In this document: one piece after another, positions 23,918 to 32,469 of the stretch
Numbering within the stretch: the stretch's first letter is position 1
Layout of the letters: each line of letters begins with the position of its first letter
Virus record (IMG/VR): IMGVR_UViG_3300017721_000660
Span: 1 to 32,469 of that record
Reading direction: 5' to 3' (one strand)
Source: a virus
Lineage: Duplodnaviria; Caudoviricetes
DNA: 32,469 nt
Notes under the pieces: generated by a model
Database searches by the model: none
What the model saw: the letters and a program-made list of their open reading frames with translations, nothing else
What the model was told of the DNA's origin: nothing
Translations under genes and position numbers: made by a program

Positions 23918-25047
23918 TGGCTGCGCACGCCAAGCTCTCACCATCTAGCGCGAGTCGCTGGATGGCCTGCACCGCCGCGCCGCAGGCATGCGCTGGCGTG
24001 CGCGACGAATCGTCAGAGGCCGCCGACTTTGGTAGCTTCTGCCACGACATTGCAGCCCGCGCTTTGTCGGGCGGTAAGGACGCGACCTCCTGGCTAGGCC
24101 GGAGCTCAGACTGCGGCCGCTTCGAGATTGACGCCGAGACCGCCGACCACATACAGACATACCTAGACGCGGTGCGGTTCGCGCTCGACGTGCACGGCGG
24201 CGAGCTGCTCGTCGAGCAGAAGGTCAAGTTGTCCGATGAGATATGGGGGACTGCCGACGCCGTCATCCTGCCCGCCAAGAACGGCGGCGAACACCTGATC
24301 GTGATCGACCTGAAAATGGGAGCCGGTGTCTACGTCGAGGCGTCGTCGGTGCAGCTGGCGATCTACGCAGGCGCCGCAGTCCGCACCCACGGTCTCGATC
24401 CGAAAACGATTACGGCCGCGGTCGTGCAGCCGCGCCACCACCAGGGCGAGGCGTGGCGCGAGCACATCTACACTCGTGACGAGCTCGACCATGTAGTTCG
24501 CAGCGTCGAGGCCGCCGCAGTAGCGGTGGTGACAACGCCTAAGTTCCAGGCTGGCGACCACTGCATGTTCTGCCCGGTCAAGGCGACGTGCGCCGCACGG
24601 CGTCAGACGCGACTGGCCGAGGCGCAGGAGGCGTTCTCTGAGAGGCCCGCACCAGACACGCTGACAGACGAACGCGTCGCAGAGCTCATCCTGGCGGCGC
24701 CTGATGTGAAGCGCTGGCTCGATGACCTGGAGACCTACGCCCGCAAACGAGCGGAGATGGGCTCCGGCTACCCAGGGCTGAAGCTAGTCCAGAAAGTCGG
24801 GCTGCGCACGTTCTCTGACGAGGCACGCGCCGAGACTTACTTGCGCGACCTCGGCATCGACCCCCTGGTGACTAAGCTAGCCTCGCCTGCTGAAGCGGAG
24901 CGCAGGTTGGCTGCTGGTGGGCTGACGAAGAAACAAGCTAAAGCCTCGACAGGCCCTATAACACACAAGCCAGTGCGCGGTGCGCTCCTGGTCCCCGTCT
25001 CTGATCGCAGGCCAGAGTTTAAGCCTGCAACATTCCCAACCAACTGA
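23917..25047 (+). CDS. DUF2800 family PD-(D/E)xK (Cas4-like) exonuclease
   Basis: 376 aa. HAKLSPSSASRWMAC, WGTADAV, VIDLKMGAG, QLAIY, GDHCMFCPVKATC. Confidence 0.9.
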   Translation: MAAHAKLSPSSASRWMACTAAPQACAGVRDESSEAADFGSFCHDIAARALSGGKDATSWLGRSSDCGRFEIDAETADHIQTYLDAVRFALDVHGGELLVEQKVKLSDEIWGTADAVILPAKNGGEHLIVIDLKMGAGVYVEASSVQLAIYAGAAVRTHGLDPKTITAAVVQPRHHQGEAWREHIYTRDELDHVVRSVEAAAVAVVTTPKFQAGDHCMFCPVKATCAARRQTRLAEAQEAFSERPAPDTLTDERVAELILAAPDVKRWLDDLETYARKRAEMGSGYPGLKLVQKVGLRTFSDEARAETYLRDLGIDPLVTKLASPAEAERRLAAGGLTKKQAKASTGPITHKPVRGALLVPVSDRRPEFKPATFPTN

Positions 25048-25061
25048 AACGATACGCAGCA

Positions 25062-25691
25062 ATGGCAAAGTCAAACGAAGTTACCCGCATACAGGTAGTC
25101 ACTAACCCGGTTCGCATCTCCTTTCCTTACCTGTTCAAGAAGCGCGAGATGAAAGACCAGGACGGCACGCGACAAGCGGATCGCGACCGCTACGAATGCG
25201 TCCTGCTCATTCCACCGAGCACGGGCGACGCCAAGAAGATCGCGGCCGCGATGTCCGAGGCGATGGTCGCGAAGTTCGGCGACGATTGGAAGTCGCAGCT
25301 CTCGGCCATGGAGATGGCGAAGCTGCCACTCAAGAAGTGCTCCGAGAACAAGTGGTTCAAGGACCAGTTCGACGGCTGGCATTTCATGAACAGCTGGTCG
25401 AAGGAACGGCCGAACGTCGTTGACAAAGACTTCAACGACATCATCGACCCGGACAAGGTCTACGCAGGCAGCTGGTGCCGTTTCCAGATTACTCTGCTCG
25501 CGTGGGAATCGAAGAAGGGTGGCAAGCTCTGCTTGGTTAGCCTTGACAACGTAATGTTCGTCGCGGACGACGAGAAGCTCGGCGGAGGCAAGAAGTCAGC
25601 GAAGGATGGCTTCGGAGACAAGCTGGAGCTCAAGCTACCCGACGAGCTCAAGGCAGCAGGTAACGCTGACGAGGGCGACGATCTGTTCTAG
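25062..25691 (+). CDS. DUF2815 family ssDNA-binding protein
   Basis: 209 aa. VRISFPYLF...YECVLLIP...PNVVD...VYAGSW...LDNVMFVADDEKLGG, with an acidic aromatic tail EGDDLF. Confidence 0.9.
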   Translation: MAKSNEVTRIQVVTNPVRISFPYLFKKREMKDQDGTRQADRDRYECVLLIPPSTGDAKKIAAAMSEAMVAKFGDDWKSQLSAMEMAKLPLKKCSENKWFKDQFDGWHFMNSWSKERPNVVDKDFNDIIDPDKVYAGSWCRFQITLLAWESKKGGKLCLVSLDNVMFVADDEKLGGGKKSAKDGFGDKLELKLPDELKAAGNADEGDDLF

Positions 25692-25699
25692 TTACACTT

Positions 25700-25785
25700 G
25701 GCGGTAGGGTTCCGGCTAGCGCCCTCTAGCTGGCGCGCACACCCCTCCCGAACCTGCGTGCTGACCGACCCTACCGCCTTTATTT
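25700..25785 (+). other. Structured intergenic RNA element (11-bp closing stem, internal hairpins, U-rich tail)
   Basis: GGCGGTAGGGT (25700-10) pairs with ACCCTACCGCC (25768-78); internal CCGGCTAG/CTAGCTGG; TTTATTT then the ATG of the polymerase. Confidence 0.55.
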
Positions 25786-27801
25786 ATGCTCGACCTGGAC
25801 CCCGTCCGCGACTGGCTTGTGCTAGATGTAGAGACAGCTTCGTTCTTGGACATCAAGAACGTGACTGCTGACGTTTACGCCGAGCACCCCAGCACACACG
25901 TCTACCTCGCGATGATGGCCGTGCACTGTGTCGGTGCAGGCTCCGACCCTGACGGAGCTGTCGAGGCGTGGCGCCCAGGCGCGCGATTACCTCGGCACAT
26001 CGACGCCTTCATTCGTGCGGGTGGTCGCGTTGTCTGCTGGAACGCAGGCTTTGAGCGTGCCATCCATCGACACATCCTCGTGCCCCGTTATGAGTGGCCC
26101 GAGATAGACAAGTCGCAGTGGCGCGATGCGCAGGCCAACTCTGTGGCGTCGGCGTTGCCTGCCAAGTTAGATCACACAATGCTCGCCATCGGGGGCAAAG
26201 ACGTGCGCAAAGATCGCGGCGGCGGCCGCTTGATGAAGCGCATGACACTGACCGAGCCGCTCCCTGACGGTGGCTGGCGTCGACCGCACGAGACACCGGC
26301 CAACATAGCTAGGTTGGAGCGTTACTGCGCCATGGATGTCATCACAACGGCCGTCGCCTATTACCGATTGCCAGCGCTGACAACTACCGAGCACCTAGTC
26401 TGGCAATGCGACCAGGACATCAACGAGCGCGGCGTGTATTTAGACACAGACCGCGCCCGTGCGATGTCGCAGCTGGCGGCGAAACGCGAACAGCAGTTGG
26501 CCGCGCGCGTGGCAGAGCTCACGGGCGGTGAGCTCACCAGCGTGAAAGGTCACCCCGCGTTCCGCCGCTGGCTTCATTCTCGCGGCTTGATCGACGCAGG
26601 CGAAAGCGTCAACAAAGACGCAATCGCAAAGTTGCTAGCGCGCGATGACCTACCGCCCGACGTGCGCGAGGTCTGCGAGATCCGCACAGAGACAGGGAAA
26701 CTGACTTCGCTGGCCAAGCTCAAGCGCCTGCCCGACGTGCTGTCCAGCGACGGCCGAGCTCGCGGCCTGTTCGCGTATCACGCGGCGCACACTGGGCGTT
26801 GGTCAAGCCGGGTGCTCCAGCTGCACAACCTGCGCAAAGACCGGCGCCCTCGCGCGGTGCAGGAGCTCTGCGGCATGGCTATCGACAGCTGCGACCTTGA
26901 GGCGCTAGACACAGTCTGGTCGCCGCTCGACGCGATGTCGCAGAGCCTGCGCTCGTTGGTATGCGCGCCCCCTGGCCATGACATGATCGCGGCCGACTAC
27001 TCGGCAATCGAAGCGCGCGTGCTACCCTGGCTCGCCGGTGACGAGGCCAAGTTAGACCTGTTCAGGCAGGGCATCGACATCTATGTGCTGGCAGCTCAGA
27101 ACATCGGCAGCGACAATCGCCAGCTGGGCAAAGTGCAGGAGCTCGCGCTCGGTTACGGCATGGGGGCGTTGAAGTTTGCCACGACCGCGGAAGCCTGGGG
27201 CGTGCCGCTCGCACTGAAGGACGCGAGACACATCCAACGCGCATGGCGCGAGGCGAACAAGCCCGTTGTCGACTTCTGGTTCAAGCTAGAATCGGCTGTC
27301 CGGGCCGCGGTAGAGCACGGCTACGGTTCGTGCGGCCGCGTGGGTAAACTTACTGTCCGTCACACCGGGTCCGCAGTGACAATCCGCCTGCCTAGTGGGC
27401 GCCACCTCTGGTATCACACGCCACACATCGAGGTGTCAGAGAAGGTGGTCCCGGTAGTTCGTGAAGACGGACGCGTCGAGAACAAGACGTTCGAGGTGCC
27501 GGCGATCAAGTTCCTGTCTGCTAGTGCGGCGGGGATGCGGGAGGAGGAAACCTACGGAGGTAAGCTGGCGGAAAACGTGACGCAGGCTGTCGCTCGCGAC
27601 TGCTTGGCGCACGCCCTGCTCGGCTTGCGTGACACGATATACAAACCGATCCTGCACGTTCACGATTCGATTGCCGCCGAGGTGCCATCTGGTGCAGGCG
27701 ACGTTGAGCAGTTCGAGCAGCTGATCTGCGAATTACCAGCTTGGGCGGAGGGCCTCCCTCTCGTAGCTGAAGGATACCGAGGCCAGAGATTCCAAGGATG
27801 A
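25786..27801 (+). CDS. Family A DNA polymerase with 3'-5' exonuclease (APSE/BPP-1 type)
   Basis: 671 aa. Exo motifs LDVET, WNAGFER, YCAMDV; TGRWSS..QLHNL; motif A ADYSAIEARV; motif B RQLGKVQELALGYG; ENVTQAVARD; motif C HVHDSI. Confidence 0.95.
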   Translation: MLDLDPVRDWLVLDVETASFLDIKNVTADVYAEHPSTHVYLAMMAVHCVGAGSDPDGAVEAWRPGARLPRHIDAFIRAGGRVVCWNAGFERAIHRHILVPRYEWPEIDKSQWRDAQANSVASALPAKLDHTMLAIGGKDVRKDRGGGRLMKRMTLTEPLPDGGWRRPHETPANIARLERYCAMDVITTAVAYYRLPALTTTEHLVWQCDQDINERGVYLDTDRARAMSQLAAKREQQLAARVAELTGGELTSVKGHPAFRRWLHSRGLIDAGESVNKDAIAKLLARDDLPPDVREVCEIRTETGKLTSLAKLKRLPDVLSSDGRARGLFAYHAAHTGRWSSRVLQLHNLRKDRRPRAVQELCGMAIDSCDLEALDTVWSPLDAMSQSLRSLVCAPPGHDMIAADYSAIEARVLPWLAGDEAKLDLFRQGIDIYVLAAQNIGSDNRQLGKVQELALGYGMGALKFATTAEAWGVPLALKDARHIQRAWREANKPVVDFWFKLESAVRAAVEHGYGSCGRVGKLTVRHTGSAVTIRLPSGRHLWYHTPHIEVSEKVVPVVREDGRVENKTFEVPAIKFLSASAAGMREEETYGGKLAENVTQAVARDCLAHALLGLRDTIYKPILHVHDSIAAEVPSGAGDVEQFEQLICELPAWAEGLPLVAEGYRGQRFQG

Positions 27802-28058
27802 ACACCACCACGAAGTTTGCAGAGCTCGTCGACCGGGCGTCTGTGTATGACCGGATCGAGACCGAACGGCCTATGCCCAAGCGCGCCGTGGCCAAAGAGC
27901 TCGGCATATCACGCGCCCACCTCTACGCTCTGATGGCGGCGAAGCATGCACCCATGCCGCACATCAAAGCGCGCTTGATTCGGGGGTTCTCTAAGATGAC
28001 GGGCCTGAAGCCGGGCACTGTCCGGCGGTGGCTCGAAGCCGACTGGGAAGTGCTCTAG
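27798..28058 (+). CDS. HTH DNA-binding protein
   Basis: 86 aa. KRAVAKELGISRAHLYALM is an Xre/Cro-like HTH; ATGA overlap with the polymerase gene. Confidence 0.75.
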   Translation: MNTTTKFAELVDRASVYDRIETERPMPKRAVAKELGISRAHLYALMAAKHAPMPHIKARLIRGFSKMTGLKPGTVRRWLEADWEVL

Positions 28059-31000
28059 CGCCGCCCCGTGAAAGCGGACATGCCCGCGGGCTCGATCTTC
28101 TCTTCGTCGAATATGTCGAATCCGCGGCGCAGGCGCTGCGTTAGCACGTGGAGCGGTATGCCGACCATCTTAGCCGCGAGCTCAAGTGAGTTGAGCACGT
28201 CGGATCTGTCGGCACCGTCTTTTATGAGGTTTGCTGCGGTGCGACCTAGCTGGTCGATGATGGCGATGGCTGCCGGCGCCGGCATACGTTGCTGGTAGGT
28301 GAGGTCGCGAGACAGTGACGGCACGACGAGCGGGATAGCTTGCGCGGCCACCGTGCCCCCGAAAGCGCCGACAGGGCCGAGCGCGCGAGGCAAGGCCAGC
28401 GCCGTCATCAGCAACGGGTCGATCAGCCACGTATCGAGCGCGTCCTTCTCTTCGTCCTCTTCGGCGCGGAAAGCCGTCGCGATGAGCTCGCCCATGAACA
28501 GCGTGAAGAAGCCGGCCATGGCCTCCTTGGACATGACCACGCGCAAGACCCACATGGCGCGGGTGCCTTCGTCTTGGCGCTTGGTGAGTGACGCGCGGCG
28601 CATTGCCGAGGCCCTCATCGAGCCGAGCGACAGGAACCAGGACAAGAACTGCGTCCACATCTTGGCGAAGCGGCCGCCCTTCTCAACCTTCGCCATCGAA
28701 GTGACTGCGGTGTCCGCTTGCGTGCGCCTGACGGCGCCGTCGGCTGCGTTGACTGCTTGGCTGTCGCCCTTACCTTCATCGAGGGCCTGCGCGTATGCGC
28801 CACGCCACACGATCAGGTCGACCGGGTGCTGGATGATCTCCTGCATCCAGTAGGTGTTCTTAGATAGCCATCGCTGGGCTTCCTTCAGCGACTGGAACTT
28901 GCCCGACTCGACAAGGTTCAGCACGCGGTTCTGCATCTCGAACGCAGAGACGCCGAGCTTGTGTCGCGTCGCCATGAACGCCGACAGCTTGTAGATGTCT
29001 GCCTTGGTGTGGCCTCCACTCATGCCCTCCATGAGATAGCGCATCTTGACCTGCCCCGACATGCTGGCGAGCATGACACCAGTCACGCCCTGCATCGAGT
29101 TGACCACGTTGGCGAACATCGCGGCCGTGCCGTAGTTCGATCGCAGCTTGTCGACGAAGTCGATACCGTCGAGCATGTCGGCGCCGCGAGCACTGACTAG
29201 CGTGCTCGACAAAGTGGCCGCGGTCTCCATGAACGGGTCGAGGATGTTCTTGTAGATGCCAGGAGACATACGCTCAAGCAATGCCTCCACGTCCCGCTGG
29301 CGGAGCAGCGTGGCCACCTTCTTATGCGCCGGGCCCATCTGCGCGAAGATGATCGACTGCCGGAAGTGCATGATTTGGTTGATCGGGTTGATGTCCAGCG
29401 GGTCCGGGTCTGGCTCATCGACGCGGTTCTTTGTGTGCCCCTTGTTGATCGTGGCGATGGATCGCTGGAAACCCAGCAGGGTGTCTTGCGCGTTGCGCTC
29501 CCCCTTCGGCGAGCGCAGATCAGCGTCGCGTCCTGCCGGCACGTAGCCCCCGCGCACGTCAACGACGGTGCCGTCGGCCATCGCACGTTGTTTGAGCACG
29601 GGCATGCCCTTGTCCACGAGCTCCATGCGGCGCCCGAGCATGCTGTAGTGTGCTTCCTGCGTCATCGGCAGGAGCTCCTCTTCGTAGATGTCCCAGACTC
29701 CTTGGCAGAACTCCCAGTCTGCGGCCGTGATCACGCCGGCTTCTTCCCATTGGCGCACCTGCTCCCACCACCGGGTCGCGTCAATGCTGCCGTCGGGGCG
29801 GAGTGTGGCCCAGCCGAAGCCGAGCAGCAGGCGCCGAAGGTTCGACTCGTTACCGCAGTGCAGGAGCATCCCGAGGATGTCCATCTTGCCGTTATCCAGC
29901 ACGTCTGGGTCTTCGGTCTTCTGCGTCCTATCGGGCAGCAGCGCGGCGCCTGTGGCGTCTGTGCCCGTAGTGATCGGCCGCGACAGCTCGGCGCTTGCGC
30001 CGACTTCGTCGCGCACCCGGCGCAGCAGGGGCTCCAGCTTCTCGATCACGGCCGCTAGGTTGAGCTCGACCTGATCCTCTGCCTTGCGGAGAGGCACGAA
30101 GATCAGCTGGGACAGCAAGCCCTGTTCGTCGCCGTCCATAGCGTAGAGCAGGGCCTCGACCCGCTGGGTCGTGTAGTTCCACTGGCGGATCTTACCCTTG
30201 ATCGTGCCCCGCATAGACTTGTCTGACTTGCGTGACTTCTCTGGTGTCGCCTCGGCCTCGACCTGCTCGCGCAGGCGCCGAAGGATCTCGTCCAACTGAG
30301 CGCTCCGACCTTCGAGCTCGAACACGCGGGCCCACTTACCCTGCTGCAATACGCCTTCCACGTATTCGAGCGACTCCATTGCCTGCTCGACAGTCTGCTG
30401 CATGAGCGCGCCGTCCGTCGAGATCACGGACTGTATGTCGCCGAGCGCCTGCTCTAGCGACTGGCGCTCGGGGTCCGCCTCGTTTAGCCCAGTCCATGGG
30501 TCTCCCTGACTGCGGAGGCCAGAGCCGACCTCTACGCCTAGCAGGTCAAGCATCAACCTTGCCGTCTCGACAGTGGCGCCTCCATAGTTCTGAGCGAGTG
30601 TGTCCTCGCGCTTGCCGTTGCCGGGTCGATACTTCAGCCGAGAGCGCAGCCGGTCCTGGTGCTTCTCTAGCACCTCGCGCATCTTCACGGCCTCGTTCGC
30701 CATGGCGCGGAAGTAGAGCGCCGTCCGTTGGTGCAGCCCGACTTGCGTAGGATCGCCGCGGTGCAGTAAGGCTTTCTTCTCTGCGCGGCGGGCCTGCTCG
30801 GTAAACTTGCGGACCACGTTCTTGCGCCCGAACAATTCGCCGGCCGTCAGCGCGCTAACATCTTGCCTCGCGATCTCCTTGGCTACGCGCACCATCTCTC
30901 GATACGACGGGGGCAGCTTCCCGAGCAGTTTGATCTCCGCGGCGCGTAGCTTAACGAGGGCCTCGTTACTGAGCGACGCGTCGATCTCGTATTGCATCTG

Positions 31001-32469
31001 CTCTGGGTTCGCTAGGTGCGGCACCTCAGCGAGCATGCGTTCGTCGGTCGCGTCGTTGACCATGTTGGTCAGCGCCGCGCCGGCCGAGTCACCCGAGAGT
31101 GTGTATTTAACGCTGCCCGCTTGAGCCTCGCGCTGCTGGCGCTCCTCGCCGACCAACGCACGGCGGAGCTCGTCGAACATGGTGTCGGCCGAGCTGTAGC
31201 CCAGGTCTTGCGCAAACTCCTCGACATCGGTGATCTCTGCTTGCTCCACGTTGTCTGTTCGGTAGCGCTCAGGCACGCGCTCGTCAGTGGTCAAGAACGC
31301 ACGCAGCCGCTTACCTTCAACGCCGGCGGCGCCCTTCTTGGCTACCGCGACGCGCTTCTCTTCCTTCTCGATAGCGGCTTCGGCCTGCTTAACTTCAGAC
31401 CGCAGGGCCTTGAGCTCGTCTTTTGCCGCAGTGCCTGTGCTCGCCAACCCCTGGATCTGCGCTTCGGTGTCCGCAAGGAAAGCTATCGTTTGGTCGACCA
31501 GCCCCTGGTTGGGTGTCGCCGCTTTACGCAGCGTGGCGAGCATCTTCTTTTCTGCCGCGAGGTCGGCACGTAGACGTGCCAGTTCAGTCTTTGTGTTAGC
31601 GACGGTGGCGTCGAGCTCAGGCTGGCGCTCAGTGAGCTCTTTGCTCCGCTCGTCCCGCTCTTCCATCGCGATGCGCAGCCGCTCCATGGCGCCGTCGAGC
31701 CGCATCTGTAGCGAGGCTTGGCTGACCGTGCCGTTCGCGTTCAGGAGCTCGCCAGAGCTCAGGAAATTGAGTATCCGCCCGATGCGGTCGGTGCGTGCGA
31801 TGCGATTCCGTTCCTCTGCCTCGCGCTTCTTGCGTTCTGCACGGCTGCTACGTTGTAGCTTGCGCGCTGCGCGGCCGCGCAGGGTTCGCAGCTTCTTGAG
31901 CTCTGTCATAAGGACGGCGCGCAGCTTCTCCTTGGCCTCGCGTTCGTGGTCGAACACGAGCTCTTGGAGCAGGATCTTGTCGAGCTCGTCTAGGTCGTCG
32001 GTATCGGTCACGCGCAGGAGCCGGCCGATTGCCTCTTCGCGAATGCGCAGTTCGATCTCTTCCTCGGCGGCTAGCCATCTGTCGAACACCTGTCGGACAT
32101 CGTCGTTGAGCTCCGGCAGCGTCTCCACCTCCTCTACCGTGATCACGAGGTTTCCGTCTTCGTCAAACTGTTCGGGTGGCGCCGGCTTGCGGCTGGCAAA
32201 CTCATCCTCGTAGTTGCGCGTTACGCTTTCGCGCACCTTCCGGTAGACCCGCAAGATCGCTTTCGACAGTCGACCAAAGACACCACTCAATTCTTCGGAT
32301 GGTGCCTTGCCCTCATACATGTATATCTCGAAGTTGTATGCGACGGCCTCGTGCATCTGCCGGCGGGCTTCTGCAGGTGCCGTGATGTAATCTTCGAGAC
32401 TACTGAACTGGTCCCCGCCGAACTCGTCGACCAGGATTGACATGTCGCGCAGCTGCTCAGGGCTGGCCA
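28055..32469 (-). CDS. Very large internal virion/DNA-ejection protein, 3' part; the frame is open to the right edge
   Basis: More than 1470 codons with no stop upstream of ATG 32443. Helical throughout. HEAVAYNFEIYMYEGKAPS..L..VF near the edge, long coiled coils, and C-terminal WRGAY...ADGAVRRTQ...WTQF typical of podophage ejection/polyvalent proteins. Confidence 0.75.
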   Translation of the reverse strand, partial: ASPEQLRDMSILVDEFGGDQFSSLEDYITAPAEARRQMHEAVAYNFEIYMYEGKAPSEELSGVFGRLSKAILRVYRKVRESVTRNYEDEFASRKPAPPEQFDEDGNLVITVEEVETLPELNDDVRQVFDRWLAAEEEIELRIREEAIGRLLRVTDTDDLDELDKILLQELVFDHEREAKEKLRAVLMTELKKLRTLRGRAARKLQRSSRAERKKREAEERNRIARTDRIGRILNFLSSGELLNANGTVSQASLQMRLDGAMERLRIAMEERDERSKELTERQPELDATVANTKTELARLRADLAAEKKMLATLRKAATPNQGLVDQTIAFLADTEAQIQGLASTGTAAKDELKALRSEVKQAEAAIEKEEKRVAVAKKGAAGVEGKRLRAFLTTDERVPERYRTDNVEQAEITDVEEFAQDLGYSSADTMFDELRRALVGEERQQREAQAGSVKYTLSGDSAGAALTNMVNDATDERMLAEVPHLANPEQMQYEIDASLSNEALVKLRAAEIKLLGKLPPSYREMVRVAKEIARQDVSALTAGELFGRKNVVRKFTEQARRAEKKALLHRGDPTQVGLHQRTALYFRAMANEAVKMREVLEKHQDRLRSRLKYRPGNGKREDTLAQNYGGATVETARLMLDLLGVEVGSGLRSQGDPWTGLNEADPERQSLEQALGDIQSVISTDGALMQQTVEQAMESLEYVEGVLQQGKWARVFELEGRSAQLDEILRRLREQVEAEATPEKSRKSDKSMRGTIKGKIRQWNYTTQRVEALLYAMDGDEQGLLSQLIFVPLRKAEDQVELNLAAVIEKLEPLLRRVRDEVGASAELSRPITTGTDATGAALLPDRTQKTEDPDVLDNGKMDILGMLLHCGNESNLRRLLLGFGWATLRPDGSIDATRWWEQVRQWEEAGVITAADWEFCQGVWDIYEEELLPMTQEAHYSMLGRRMELVDKGMPVLKQRAMADGTVVDVRGGYVPAGRDADLRSPKGERNAQDTLLGFQRSIATINKGHTKNRVDEPDPDPLDINPINQIMHFRQSIIFAQMGPAHKKVATLLRQRDVEALLERMSPGIYKNILDPFMETAATLSSTLVSARGADMLDGIDFVDKLRSNYGTAAMFANVVNSMQGVTGVMLASMSGQVKMRYLMEGMSGGHTKADIYKLSAFMATRHKLGVSAFEMQNRVLNLVESGKFQSLKEAQRWLSKNTYWMQEIIQHPVDLIVWRGAYAQALDEGKGDSQAVNAADGAVRRTQADTAVTSMAKVEKGGRFAKMWTQFLSWFLSLGSMRASAMRRASLTKRQDEGTRAMWVLRVVMSKEAMAGFFTLFMGELIATAFRAEEDEEKDALDTWLIDPLLMTALALPRALGPVGAFGGTVAAQAIPLVVPSLSRDLTYQQRMPAPAAIAIIDQLGRTAANLIKDGADRSDVLNSLELAAKMVGIPLHVLTQRLRRGFDIFDEEKIEPAGMSAFTGRR

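Noticed and set aside
24815-24836. Hammerhead-like string CTGACGA-GGC-ACGC-GCC-GAGAC
   Set aside because: The core has GAGA instead of GAAA, I could not form stems I and III, and it lies inside the DUF2800 coding sequence.
23917-25047. Cas4 as evidence of a CRISPR-Cas system
   Set aside because: This is the DUF2800 phage nuclease in its usual DUF2800-DUF2815-polymerase context.
27652-27672. Polymerase motif C reads HDS rather than HDE
   Set aside because: The catalytic Asp is retained and HDS occurs in other phage family A polymerases, so it is not evidence of inactivity or modified-base use.
1-32469. BPP-1-type diversity-generating retroelement
   Set aside because: The structural genes are BPP-1-like, but I saw no reverse transcriptase and no TR/VR repeat pair in this window.
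1-32469. Stop-codon recoding
   Set aside because: TAG, TGA and TAA all terminate well-supported genes, and no conserved gene is interrupted.

Overview
This window is a GC-rich tailed-phage genome segment with podovirus-like gene content. It has no integrase, RNA polymerase, tRNA, CRISPR array or host genes. The left arm (minus strand, about 18.9 kb back to position 1) encodes a primase-helicase, a RusA-like resolvase, small and large terminase, portal, a fibre protein, putative lysis genes, scaffold, major capsid, two cement-like paralogs, a tail adaptor and the start of the tail nozzle; this module resembles Bordetella phage BPP-1. The middle arm (plus strand, 19.07-28.06 kb) holds early accessory genes (LPD29-like, DUF6011-like), an SNF2-type helicase, a DUF2800 nuclease, a DUF2815 SSB and a family A DNA polymerase. 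The right end is the 3' part of a very large minus-strand internal virion/ejection protein. The most notable observations are: (1) a complete type III hammerhead ribozyme fold at 20061-20123, in front of an array of early genes that share a 16-nt start motif; (2) a 1228-aa tail adaptor fused to an SGNH/SASA esterase whose putative catalytic Ser lies about 800 aa from the remaining motifs, separated by repeated beta modules; (3) an iteron/palindrome cluster that may be the origin, an antisense-oriented terminator in the primase leader, and a multi-stem RNA directly before the polymerase gene. All family assignments come from recognising motifs by eye; no database search was run.
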